Shown here piece by piece: positions 9,901-19,133 of a stretch of 64,000 bases of DNA. The notes below the pieces were generated by a model. That model saw only the letters and a program-made list of their open reading frames with translations. It searched no databases and had not been told where the DNA came from. Position 1 is the stretch's first letter. Every line of letters begins with the position of its first letter. Source of the DNA: Candidatus Dormiibacterota bacterium (GTDB lineage: Bacteria > Chloroflexota > Dormibacteria > Aeolococcales > Aeolococcaceae); contig CAVPXI010000014.1 of assembly GCA_963709585.1 (NCBI GenBank), positions 1-64,000 on the forward strand, written 5' to 3'. The position numbers and the translations under genes are program-made.

Positions 9901-10067
9901 CCGTCATCGCCTCGTCTCATGGTTGCTCTGGCGCCTGCACCGGTACTGACCCCGGGCACTGGGGAAACTGGGCGCTCGTGGCCGCCCAGTGTATCGGCGC
10001 GCCGGTGTCTAACCAAGCGATGAGCCAACTCACCTCTTGGGCCGGCACGAGCAGAAGGAGTCAATCC

Positions 10068-10421
10068 ATGGCGACGTTCTTGTTCTCCTACCGGGTGCCG
10101 CGCACCCCCCTCGCGCAGGTGCTGGCAGCACTCGACGAGCCGGCCCGCGAGGCGCGTATGGCTGCGTGGAATGCGTGGTTCGAACAACTCGGCGACCGCC
10201 TCGTGCAGCGGGGAAACCCGGTCAACGACGCGCAAACGCTTGGCACATGCACCGCTGACACCAGGATCGGGGGCTATTCGTTGGTGTCCGCCGACAACCT
10301 CGACGCGGCGGTCGCGCTGGCGAAGGGATGCCCTGGTTTGGAGTGGGGCGGCGGCGTCGAAGTCGGCGAGTTCATCGAGATCGGCCAGCCGCAGCGCACC
10401 CAGGCGGAGGCGCGGACGTGA
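10068..10421 (+). CDS. YciI family protein
   Basis: AGAAGGAG RBS and IGGYSLV...AVALAKGCP...GGVEV motif. Divergent from the ECF sigma gene. Confidence 0.8.
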   Translation: MATFLFSYRVPRTPLAQVLAALDEPAREARMAAWNAWFEQLGDRLVQRGNPVNDAQTLGTCTADTRIGGYSLVSADNLDAAVALAKGCPGLEWGGGVEVGEFIEIGQPQRTQAEART

Positions 10422-11875
10422 CCAACCAAGTTATGCGTCGTGGCTCCGCCACAGTCGCGCACGACCGTGGGCGATCGGTGCGCATTTGGACGCTGGCGCT
10501 CACGTCGTTGGCGGCGTTCATGGTGTCGCTGGACGCGCTGGTCGTCGTCACTGCTCTGCCGTCGATTCAACGCGACCTCCGCGCTGACCTGTCCACCCTG
10601 GAGTGGACGGTCAACGCGTACACACTCGCGTTCGCGGCGGGCATCGTCACCGCCGCCGCGCTCGGAGACCGCTTCGGCCGCCGCCGGGTGTTCGCCGGAG
10701 GCCTGGCGCTGTTCAGCGTGGCCTCGGCCGCGTGCGCGCTGGCGCCGACACCTGAGGCGCTGATCGCTGCCCGGGCCGTGCAGGGTTTGGGAGCCGCCGT
10801 GGTGACCCCGCTTGCCCTTACCATCCTGGCGAGCGCCTTCCCCGCCGAGCGGCGCGGTATGGTCCTGGGGCTCTGGGGAGGCATTACCGGGCTCGCCGTC
10901 GCCGGTGGCCCGCTGGTCGGCGGTGGGGTGACCCAGGGTCTCGACTGGCACTGGATCTTCTGGGTCAACGTGCCCATCGGAGTGCTGGCGACGCTGCTGG
11001 CGCTCACGCGGCTGCCGGAGAGTCGTGGGCCGGCATCGCGTCTCGACCCCATCGGGGCGCTGCTGGTGACCGCGGGCGCAGTGAGCATCGCATGGGGTCT
11101 GATCCGCGCCAACGGCGCGGGGTGGGCGAGCGGAGAGGTCATCGGCGCCCTGGGCGGCGGTGCCGTACTCATCGTCGGGTTCATCCTCTGGGAGCGCCGA
11201 GCCCCGGCCCCGATGCTGCCTCTCGAGCTCTTCCGCATCAGAGCCTTCGCCGCCGCAAACGCAACCGGGTTCCTGATGTTCGGGTCGATCTTCTCAGCCG
11301 CCTTCCTCATATCGCAGTACTTCCAATTCGCCCTCGGCTACTCACCCGTGGCGACCGGACTGCGCTTCCTGCCCTGGACAGCCACGCCGATCGTGATCGC
11401 GCCGCTCGCCGGTGCTCTGTCCGACCGGATCGGCAGGCGGCCGCTGATGGCCACAGGCTTGTTCCTGCAGGCTGGCGGACTGCTTTGGATCGCCACTCAC
11501 GCGACCACAAGTCTCGGCTACGGGCAGCTCGTTATCCCAATGGTTGTCGCCGGGATCGGGATCTCGATGGCGATCCCCACTACGCCGACGGCGGCGCTGA
11601 GCGCTGTCGCGCCGCAGGACATGGGCAAGGCATCCGGGGTCCAGAACACGCTGACCCGCTTCGGCAGCGTATTCGCCGTTGCGGTCGCTGGCGCCGTCTT
11701 CGCCGGCTCCGGGCATCTGGGCTCGGCGTCAAGTTTTACCAACGGCTTCCGCCCAGCTCTTACCGTGGTCGCCGGAATGTCGGCATTGGGTGCGATCTCC
11801 GCGCTCGCTGTCGCGGAGCGCAGACGCGGCGCTGCCGAAGCGAAGCCGGAGCCGGCACACGCCATGGCGTCATGA
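10418..11875 (+). CDS. DHA2 family MFS efflux transporter
   Basis: FMVSLDALVV..ALP and LGDRFGRRR motifs, about 14 hydrophobic segments. GTGA overlap with the YciI gene. Confidence 0.92.
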   Translation: MTNQVMRRGSATVAHDRGRSVRIWTLALTSLAAFMVSLDALVVVTALPSIQRDLRADLSTLEWTVNAYTLAFAAGIVTAAALGDRFGRRRVFAGGLALFSVASAACALAPTPEALIAARAVQGLGAAVVTPLALTILASAFPAERRGMVLGLWGGITGLAVAGGPLVGGGVTQGLDWHWIFWVNVPIGVLATLLALTRLPESRGPASRLDPIGALLVTAGAVSIAWGLIRANGAGWASGEVIGALGGGAVLIVGFILWERRAPAPMLPLELFRIRAFAAANATGFLMFGSIFSAAFLISQYFQFALGYSPVATGLRFLPWTATPIVIAPLAGALSDRIGRRPLMATGLFLQAGGLLWIATHATTSLGYGQLVIPMVVAGIGISMAIPTTPTAALSAVAPQDMGKASGVQNTLTRFGSVFAVAVAGAVFAGSGHLGSASSFTNGFRPALTVVAGMSALGAISALAVAERRRGAAEAKPEPAHAMAS

Positions 11876-12054
11876 GTAACCGACGATGAGAATCTATCCA
11901 ACGCGCAACCGCTGGTTGAAAGGAAGTTCCTCACTGGGTACCCGCCTCTCCGGGATAGTTTTCGCCGCGACGTGCCTAATCTCGGCGATGGCGACGGCAC
12001 AGCGGAGACCCGGAAAGACAACCCCTGGAAGGGCACGGAGAATAGCGATTCGGC

Positions 12055-12546
12055 TCAGCTGCCGCCCTTGGTGTAGCTCTGATTGGTGAGCAGATCGACG
12101 CGCCCGCAGGGATCCTTATTCAGAGGCACGAGGTGCAGGGTGGTGCGGTGCAGTGTCCATTGGTAACGCCCAACACCCTCTGGCAAGACGAGGGGACAGA
12201 GGGTGCCGCTGAAGAAGTCAATCTCGTTGCCGTTAACCACGATGTCTCCACTCCCCTGCTCCCCGCTGTCTCGAAGGACATAGACAGTGGCCGTGAGGGT
12301 CAAGGCCGCGGTGCCAGAGGCAATCTGATACCAAGTGCCGATCAGCTCCGCCGGTGCCGGGCCACCCAGTGGCGGTGAAGCAGCCGGCGGCGCCGCGACC
12401 GACGACACCGTGGGTGTCGCCGCCGCAGGGGTTGCCGTCCCCAAGCTCGTGACCGCGGAGCCGCCGCCTGCGCCACAAGCGGCAAGGGCCACCGCGGCGA
12501 CAACGCCGATGGCACGCCTTCCGAAGACACGGCGCGCGCGATTCAT
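12055..12546 (-). CDS. hypothetical lipoprotein
   Basis: Basic N-terminus, hydrophobic stretch, ALAA-C lipobox and an Ala/Pro/Thr linker. Confidence 0.6.
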   Translation of the reverse strand: MNRARRVFGRRAIGVVAAVALAACGAGGGSAVTSLGTATPAAATPTVSSVAAPPAASPPLGGPAPAELIGTWYQIASGTAALTLTATVYVLRDSGEQGSGDIVVNGNEIDFFSGTLCPLVLPEGVGRYQWTLHRTTLHLVPLNKDPCGRVDLLTNQSYTKGGS

Positions 12547-12704
12547 CCCTTCGGCTGTGGCCACCCATGGGCAGCGATCACCGCCGAAGACGGTTCGCAT
12601 TTCGCGCGCGCGGTTGTCACGTACGATCGGCTCGCCACTTGTCATCGCTGCCACCCTCATTACCTTGTGGGATTCTTGTCCCATAATGAACCTAGAGTAC
12701 CATC

Positions 12705-13376
12705 ATGGATCGAACGAGCCCATATGAGGCGACGGGCCGGACCCGACAGAAGGAACGGACCCGCCGCGCGTTGATCGCGGCGGCCCGTGACCTGGTCGCC
12801 GATGGGGTGACGCCGGTAACCGTCGAAGAGACGGCAGCGGCCGCCGGGATCTCGCGGACAACGGCTTATCGCTACTTCTCCAGCCAGCGAGCCCTGCTTG
12901 TCGCCGCTCATCCCGAGACCAGTGCGCTGTCACTACTCCCCCCGGACGCGCCTGACGACCCAGGCGCTCGGCTCGACCTTGTCGTCGAGGCATTCACTCG
13001 TCTCGTGGCCGAGACTGAAGCCCAGCAGCGAACCATGCTGCGGCTCTCGCTCGAGCCGGGCGCATCAGACCACACACCTGGACTCCTTCGGCAGGGTCGC
13101 GCTATCGGTTGGATCGATGACGCGCTGTCACCCTTGCGCAATCGGATCCCAGCGCAGGAACTCCGCCGTCTAATCCTCGCGATACGTAGTGCCACAGGCA
13201 TCGAGGCGCGCGTGTGGCTGACCGACGTTGCAGGTCTCTCCAGCGAGGAAGCCCTGGAAATCATGCGCTGGTCGGCGCGCGCCATGTACGGCACGGCGCT
13301 GGCCGAATCCGGGCGCAAAGGGAAGCTCGACGACTGGAGCGGACCCAATTCGAGCCGGCGCAGTGAAGAGCCTTGA
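12705..13376 (+). CDS. TetR/AcrR family regulator
   Basis: TVEETAAAAGISRTTAYRYF HTH. Palindrome TGGGATTCTTGTCCCA lies upstream (12668-12683). Confidence 0.88.
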   Translation: MDRTSPYEATGRTRQKERTRRALIAAARDLVADGVTPVTVEETAAAAGISRTTAYRYFSSQRALLVAAHPETSALSLLPPDAPDDPGARLDLVVEAFTRLVAETEAQQRTMLRLSLEPGASDHTPGLLRQGRAIGWIDDALSPLRNRIPAQELRRLILAIRSATGIEARVWLTDVAGLSSEEALEIMRWSARAMYGTALAESGRKGKLDDWSGPNSSRRSEEP

Positions 13377-13448
13377 TCGCAGGGGCTTTCTCATCCGCCG
13401 TCGCGACGTTGATGACGAGCGGCGACTGTCGGAAATCCCTGCAATGAG

Positions 13449-13490
13449 ATCAACTTGCGCGTCCGTCGGGGAGACAGGACTTCGAACCTG
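13449..13490 (-). repeat. tRNA-Pro-derived att-like repeat, copy 1 (truncated: left arm plus T-arm/acceptor part only)
   Basis: TCAACTTGCGCGTCCGTCGGGGAGACAGGACTTCGAACCTG matches copies 2-5, then breaks off just before the MMPL terminator. Confidence 0.75.
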
Positions 13491-13496
13491 TTGCCT

Positions 13497-13528
13497 AAAA
13501 GCCCCGTCTCGGTTCTGAGACGGGGCTT
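13497..13528 (-). terminator. intrinsic terminator of the MMPL gene
   Basis: GC-rich stem AAGCCCCGTCTC/GAGACGGGGCTT with a U-tract, 27 nt past the MMPL stop. Confidence 0.85.
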
Positions 13529-13555
13529 TGGGCGAGGTTTGCAGTTGACGGAGTC

Positions 13556-15688
13556 CTAGGCTGCGCGCTCCAGATGTTGCGCCGCAACCATACGGGTAAT
13601 CGGAGTCGCGGGAATGCGCAGGATCCGCGCGAGCCAGACCGGCATCCACCAGTTCCAGCGGCCGAACAGCGCCACCATCGCCGGCACCATGAGAGCCCGC
13701 ACCACGACTGCGTCGACAAGGATGCCCGCGCCCAAGCCGGTGGCGAGGATCTTGATGTCGGTCTCCGGGCCGCTCGACATCGAAAGGAAGGTGAGCATCA
13801 GGATCAAGGCCGCGCTGGTGACTAGCCGTCCAGTGCGCCCGACACCCTCGATCACCGCCGCGCGAGCCGATCCGGTGTTGTCGTACGCCTCGCGGATGCG
13901 GGCGATGATGAACACCTCGTAGTCCATGGAGAGTCCGAACAGGAAGGCGAATACCATCAGCGGCACCCACATGGTGATCGCACCCGATGCGGGAATGCCC
14001 CAAAGCGCTTCGCTGCCGTGGCCCTGCTGCCAGATGAAGGTGAGCGCGCCGTAGGCGGCGGCCAGGGAGACCAGGTTGAACACCACCGCTTTGAGCGCGA
14101 GGACCACAGATCGAAAGGCGCGAGCCAGCAAGAGGAACGTTGCGATGGCGATCAGCGCAAGCATCAGCGGGAAGTTGCCATACACGGCGTTATCGAAATC
14201 GATCAACAGCGCTCCGTCACCGTCGACGCCGACAACCGATGGGTTCGATCCGATCGCCGCGCGGACCGCACGCACTGTGTCCTGACCAGCGCCCAGGCTG
14301 CCTTCAGCCATCGGCAGGACCGTGATCAGTGCACTCCCGGTGCGCTGGGCGTCCCGCGTCGTGACAGCTGTGACGACCCCCGGCACATGCGCAAGCGTTG
14401 ACGTGACGCTCGTCTTCCCGTCGGTGAGCACAACGATTGGCGTGAGCACGCCGCTGGGTACGCCGTCCGACGTCAGCGTGGTCAGCGCGTCACGCGCCGG
14501 GCCCGTCGTCGAGAGCGACGTGCTCGCCGGCTCACCGAGCTGCAGCGACAGGGCCGGAAAAGCGATGAGGCCGAGGATGATGGTGCCCAGGATCGCCGCC
14601 GGCCAGCGGTGTCCGTAGACGCCGCGCGCCCAGGCGGTCCACATCCTGCTCGCGCTGCTCTCCTTGCGGACGCGCGGCCAGTCGAGGCGCGGGCCGACGG
14701 TTGCAAGGAGCACGGGCAAAAGGGTGATTGCGACCGCGACGGACACGAGCGGCACCAGAACGCCGCCGTAGCCGACGCTTTGGAGCATTGGCACAGGAAG
14801 CACGACCAGCGCCAGCAGCCCGACCGCAACCGTGAGTCCGGAGAACACCACGGCGCGTCCGGCGTGCGTCATCGCCGCCTCGACCGCCGCAACGTTGTCA
14901 CGTCCATGGGCACGCTCCTCACGCCAGCGGGTTACCACAAGCAGCGAATAGTCGATGGCGACGCCGAGTCCGATCAGGGCGATCAGGAACTCGACGATCA
15001 TGCTCACGCCCGTGACCGTGGTGAGACCGAGGACGAGCAGGAACGTCGACAGCACCGACGTCGCGCCCATAACCAGCGGCAGGAACGCGAGAAAACTCGC
15101 GAACACGAATGCGAGGATCACCAGCGCGCCGAGCCCACCGACCATTGCCTCGACCATCACGCTGGTGCCACCGCTCTTCGCTGTCACCGGCGCTTGGAGC
15201 AAGGTGATGCTGGTGAAACCGGTGTGCCAGCCGGCGGGCGTCGCAGAACGAACAGCTCTGGCCACGACCGGCTCGATACCGCCCGATCCGTCGTAGCTTG
15301 CCGGCGGCAGGAAGGTGAGCGAGAAGGTCGACCGGCCGTCCCGCGTGATGAAGGCTGCGTCGTGTGTTGACGCGTAATCGACCACATGAACCCCCGCATT
15401 GACGCGTGCGGCATCGAAGATGCGCGCGGTCGCAGCTTTGACACTCGGTGTCGTGATGCGCTCGCCGGGAGGAGCGGTGACCACAGTCACAAGCGGAGCT
15501 TCTGCCGAGCTGCCGTACTCGGACACGATGCGCGCGTCGGTGGTGATCGCCTGCCCGGGCATCGAGAAGCTGTTCGTCATGCAACTCGTCGTGAGCCCGG
15601 CGGTCATCGCGCCGGCGACGGCTGTCGCGAGCCAGAACAGCACGATCAGGGCCCTGTGCCCGAGTGCGAAGCGGGTAATCCGGGTCAT
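13556..15688 (-). CDS. MMPL family (RND-like) transporter
   Basis: GLGVAIDYSLLVVTRWREE and FGLSMDYEVFIIARIRE motifs, 710 aa with two repeats. Confidence 0.93.
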   Translation of the reverse strand: MTRITRFALGHRALIVLFWLATAVAGAMTAGLTTSCMTNSFSMPGQAITTDARIVSEYGSSAEAPLVTVVTAPPGERITTPSVKAATARIFDAARVNAGVHVVDYASTHDAAFITRDGRSTFSLTFLPPASYDGSGGIEPVVARAVRSATPAGWHTGFTSITLLQAPVTAKSGGTSVMVEAMVGGLGALVILAFVFASFLAFLPLVMGATSVLSTFLLVLGLTTVTGVSMIVEFLIALIGLGVAIDYSLLVVTRWREERAHGRDNVAAVEAAMTHAGRAVVFSGLTVAVGLLALVVLPVPMLQSVGYGGVLVPLVSVAVAITLLPVLLATVGPRLDWPRVRKESSASRMWTAWARGVYGHRWPAAILGTIILGLIAFPALSLQLGEPASTSLSTTGPARDALTTLTSDGVPSGVLTPIVVLTDGKTSVTSTLAHVPGVVTAVTTRDAQRTGSALITVLPMAEGSLGAGQDTVRAVRAAIGSNPSVVGVDGDGALLIDFDNAVYGNFPLMLALIAIATFLLLARAFRSVVLALKAVVFNLVSLAAAYGALTFIWQQGHGSEALWGIPASGAITMWVPLMVFAFLFGLSMDYEVFIIARIREAYDNTGSARAAVIEGVGRTGRLVTSAALILMLTFLSMSSGPETDIKILATGLGAGILVDAVVVRALMVPAMVALFGRWNWWMPVWLARILRIPATPITRMVAAQHLERAA

Positions 15689-15818
15689 CTGCCTGCCTCC
15701 TTGGTGACGCCGGTCTCTGAGCAGCCGACGGCCTTAGTCTCGCCAGCGTCAGCGCCCGCGTCGTCACCCGAGCGGAGGCAATTCGTCTACTCCCATCTAC
15801 CGATTTCACGCTGACTAG

Positions 15819-15834
15819 TACTCCCTGGGGAGTA
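15819..15834. promoter_or_regulatory. NarL-type 7-2-7 inverted repeat
   Basis: TACTCCC-TG-GGGAGTA between the divergent MMPL and sensor kinase genes, plus an extra half-site at 15788-15794. Confidence 0.6.
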
Positions 15835-15891
15835 TTCGAAAGCCTCTCGAGGAAGGATGCGCGGCAAGCCCCGGCATCGTACGCTCCATCT

Positions 15892-17130
15892 GTGATCGCA
15901 CTGCTCACCCTTCATCGGCGCCCAGGGAGCCGGTTCGACATCGGAGACTGGGTCCTCGCGCTGGTGATGCTCGCGGTGACCCTGGTCGGCTCCATTGGCG
16001 AGGCGAATGCGCACGTGAACGCGTTGGGTACGACGGTGACCTCAGGCGGGCATCCGGCGGTTCCCAACGCGAGCTGGGCGGCCTTCATCCTCGTGGCCCT
16101 CGCCGCCGTCAGCCTCGCCTGGCGGCGACGGTTTCCGCTCGTCGTCCTGGGCGTATCACTCAGCGCCGTCGCCGCGTATTCGTTGATCGGCTACGTCAAC
16201 GGCACCGCACTCATCGACGTGATGATCGCGCTCTATACGGTCGCGACCATCGTGTCGGCCCGAGCAGGGTTGACGGCTGGACTGGTGACATTGATCTGCC
16301 TTCTCGTGTCCACGGCGGTCCACAATCCATTTGGAACGCTCGGCGGGGGCGTGATTCTCATGCCCGCCGAGGTCGTCGCGGCGGTTTCGATCGGCATCGC
16401 AGTTGGCAACCGCCGCGCCTACCTGCGCGCCGTGGAAGCGCGTGCGGATCAGGCGGAACGCACCCGTGAGGAGGAGGCTGCGCGCCGAGTCGACGCTGAA
16501 CGGTTGCGCATCGCTCGCGAACTGCACGACGCGGTCGCGCACACCCTGTCGATGATCAACGTCCAGGCAGGGGCGGCTGCGCACGTCGCGCGGGATCACC
16601 CCGAGCAGGCCGCGACAGCGCTTGAAGCGATCCGGCTGGCGAGCAAGGAGGGCCTACGCGAGATGCGCTCGATTGTCAACGTGCTCCGTCAATCCGATGA
16701 GGCCGAGGCGACCCAACCGGCGCCGGGCCTGGCGATGCTCCACGACCTCGTGGCCACGACCAACCGCGCGGGGCTGCACACAACACTGCGCATCGACGGG
16801 ACACCAAGGCGGCTTGCAGCCACGGTGGATCTTGCGGCCTATCGGATCATCCAGGAGTCGCTCACCAACACGATCCGTCACGCTGGGCAGGCGAGCGCCA
16901 CAGTGTCCCTCGCATGGGCGGATGACCGCCTCGGATTGGAGATCCGCGACACCGGACGGGGCAGCGCCGCGAACGGGGGCGCGGCCGACGTGTCGGTTCC
17001 CGGCGCGGGCCACGGCATCGTGGGGATGCGCGAGCGCGCCGTCGCGGTCGGCGGAACCTTCGAGGCAGGATCGTCGCCCGGGGGTGGCTTCGCCGTGCAC
17101 GCCGAATTGCCACTCGATGGGGAAGCATGA
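15892..17130 (+). CDS. membrane sensor histidine kinase (HisKA_3 type)
   Basis: ERLRIARELHDAVAH H-box, IIQESLTN N-box and GHGIVGMRER G-box. Confidence 0.93.
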   Translation: MIALLTLHRRPGSRFDIGDWVLALVMLAVTLVGSIGEANAHVNALGTTVTSGGHPAVPNASWAAFILVALAAVSLAWRRRFPLVVLGVSLSAVAAYSLIGYVNGTALIDVMIALYTVATIVSARAGLTAGLVTLICLLVSTAVHNPFGTLGGGVILMPAEVVAAVSIGIAVGNRRAYLRAVEARADQAERTREEEAARRVDAERLRIARELHDAVAHTLSMINVQAGAAAHVARDHPEQAATALEAIRLASKEGLREMRSIVNVLRQSDEAEATQPAPGLAMLHDLVATTNRAGLHTTLRIDGTPRRLAATVDLAAYRIIQESLTNTIRHAGQASATVSLAWADDRLGLEIRDTGRGSAANGGAADVSVPGAGHGIVGMRERAVAVGGTFEAGSSPGGGFAVHAELPLDGEA

Positions 17131-17798
17131 TCCGGGTACTGCTGGCCGACGACCAGGCCCTGGTGCGCGGCGGGTTTCGCATGCTGCTCGACTCGGCGGA
17201 CGACATTGAGGTCGTTGGCGAGGCGTCCGACGGGGCACAGGCGATCAACCTGGTCAAGGACACGCATCCCGATGTGGTGCTGATGGATATCCGGATGCCG
17301 GGGATGGACGGCCTCGAGGCGACGCGACGCATTGCCGCAGACGTCGCGCTTGCATCGGTCCGGGTACTCATCGTCACGACCTTCGAAGCCGACGAGCATG
17401 TATACCAAGCCCTGCGAGCCGGAGCCAGCGGCTTCCTTGTCAAGGACACCGAACCGGCCGAATTGATCGCTGCTGTGCGCGTCATCGCCCGCGGCGATGC
17501 GTTGCTGTCACCGGGTGTGACGCGGCGCCTGATCGCCGATATCGTTTCAAGGCCCACGGCACCGGTGGCGAATCCGGCGAGTCTTGCCGATCTCACCGCC
17601 CGCGAGCGTGAAGTGCTGACGCTGGTCGGTGGCGGTCTCAGCAACGACGAGATCGCTGGCCGGTTATTCCTCAGCCCTCTGACGGCCAAGACGCATGTCA
17701 GCCGGACGATGTCGAAGGTCGGTGCCCGCGATCGCGCTCAGCTGGTCGTTCTTGCGTACGAGAGTGGCCTGGTCGTTCCCGGAACACGAGAACACTGA
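17127..17798 (+). CDS. NarL/LuxR family response regulator
   Basis: LADDQ and LMDIRMPGMDG receiver motifs, and an LTARE...GLSNDEIA HTH. Confidence 0.95.
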   Translation: MIRVLLADDQALVRGGFRMLLDSADDIEVVGEASDGAQAINLVKDTHPDVVLMDIRMPGMDGLEATRRIAADVALASVRVLIVTTFEADEHVYQALRAGASGFLVKDTEPAELIAAVRVIARGDALLSPGVTRRLIADIVSRPTAPVANPASLADLTAREREVLTLVGGGLSNDEIAGRLFLSPLTAKTHVSRTMSKVGARDRAQLVVLAYESGLVVPGTREH

Positions 17799-17911
17799 CC
17801 TCGTCGGTGCGCCTCATCATGATCGAGGATGGCCTCCGGCCACAGACCATCCGGCCGGGCCGCGACAAGCGTCGTCCGAGGGGCGCTGTTCATCGTTCAA
17901 GTGCTGCGCCC

Positions 17912-18120
17912 GGCGCCTAACGCACCGCGCAACCGCTGGCGGCGAACTCACATCGCGCGTCCGTCGGGGAGACAGGACTCGAACCTGCGACCCCTGGTCC
18001 CCCAGACCAGTACTCATTTCCCGATAACTGCTGAGTTCGACTTAGAGTGCTTGTCGGGAAATGGTTGGAATGACGACTAGCGTGCGCGTTATGGACTCGT
18101 TTGGAACTGCATGGACATCC
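17912..18120 (-). repeat. tRNA-Pro(GGG)-derived att-like repeat, copy 2 (core 17962-18010 with both arms)
   Basis: The minus-strand core reads CTGGT-CTGGGGG-ACCAG GGGTC GCAGG-TTCGAGT-CCTGT CTCCCCG A, i.e. anticodon arm, variable loop, T-arm and acceptor 3' strand. No D-arm or 5' strand. Confidence 0.9.
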
Positions 18121-18169
18121 GGTGGAGCGTCAAGGTGTGATCAGCGGCATTTGGTCATCCCGTCCCATC

Positions 18170-18460
18170 GCCTCGAAGCCAGCGACGGAGATGACGCTGA
18201 CGCCGCCATGCATGCTAACTGCTGGGGATCGGCGTCCCCGGTGACAAGAGCATCAGCCGCTCCAAGGACAGCGATGGCAAGAATCTGATCGTCGTCAGGA
18301 TCCCGGCAAATGCGTGGACCTCAACCGGCGTCACCACCTCGGCGATCGCATCGAGTTCGGCTCGCACGGCCGCTGCACGATCGCTCGCCCAGCCACAGGT
18401 CTCGATGAGCACGGCCTCGAGCTCACCGAGGATCGGGGGACCGATGATCAGGGTGTGATC
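18170..18460 (-). pseudogene. PIN-domain toxin relic (5'-truncated, frameshifted)
   Basis: ILGELEAVL... in one frame, followed by DPDDDQILAIAVLGAADALVTGDAD in another, which is the PIN acidic motif. No start codon. Confidence 0.7.
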
Positions 18461-18530
18461 ACCACGCTCTTGGGAGCAGGATCGATAGATAAAAACCAAC
18501 GCGTCAGTTTGACCGTGGTAGCATACCCAC

Positions 18531-19133
18531 ATGCCCCGCATTTCGGAAGGCGCGCGCCTCGAGCGCCGCCAGCTGCTCATGGAGGCCGCTTGGCGTTGTG
18601 CTGGACGCATGGGATACAGCGAGTTAACTGTCGACGACATCTGTGCCGAAGCCGAGGTCAGCAAGGGTGCGTTCTACGGCTACTTTTCGTCCAAGCAGGA
18701 ACTGCTCATCGCACTGCTTGAGGAAGATGCCGCAGACCTCGATGGACTGCTCGATGCCCTCGACCAGCGCCGACTGTCGAATGTTCAGCGGCTCCGCAAT
18801 TTCGCTCGCGAGATGTGCGAGCGTGGCACCGATCAAGCTCGGGTCCAGGTGCGCTCCGATCTGTGGGCCGCCATCCTCACGGAGCCTGCCATCCGTGAAC
18901 GGATGGTGTTGGCGGTTGGGCGACGCCGAGCGGTCCTTCGAGGCTGGATCGAGGTCGCGATCGCCGATGGAGAGCTCGGCGATATTCCCGCCAATGCCTT
19001 CGCCTCGGTCCTACTCGCTCTCGGCGATGGGCTCACGTTGCATGGCTCGCTCGATCCCTCGGGATTCCGCTGGAACAACATCGCTCGGGTTCTTTCCGTC
19101 ATCTTTGCTGGGCTGAGCGGCAACGAAGAGTGA
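18531..19133 (+). CDS. TetR/AcrR family regulator
   Basis: TVDDICAEAEVSKGAFYGYFSSKQEL HTH. Confidence 0.92.
   Translation: MPRISEGARLERRQLLMEAAWRCAGRMGYSELTVDDICAEAEVSKGAFYGYFSSKQELLIALLEEDAADLDGLLDALDQRRLSNVQRLRNFAREMCERGTDQARVQVRSDLWAAILTEPAIRERMVLAVGRRRAVLRGWIEVAIADGELGDIPANAFASVLLALGDGLTLHGSLDPSGFRWNNIARVLSVIFAGLSGNEE

Noticed and set aside
17962-18030. Intact or D-armless tRNA-Pro genes at the repeats
   Set aside because: Only the anticodon arm through the discriminator base is present. The upstream CGGGAAA in copies 2 and 3 pairs poorly with the acceptor 3' strand and is not kept in copy 5. There is no D-arm and no CCA.
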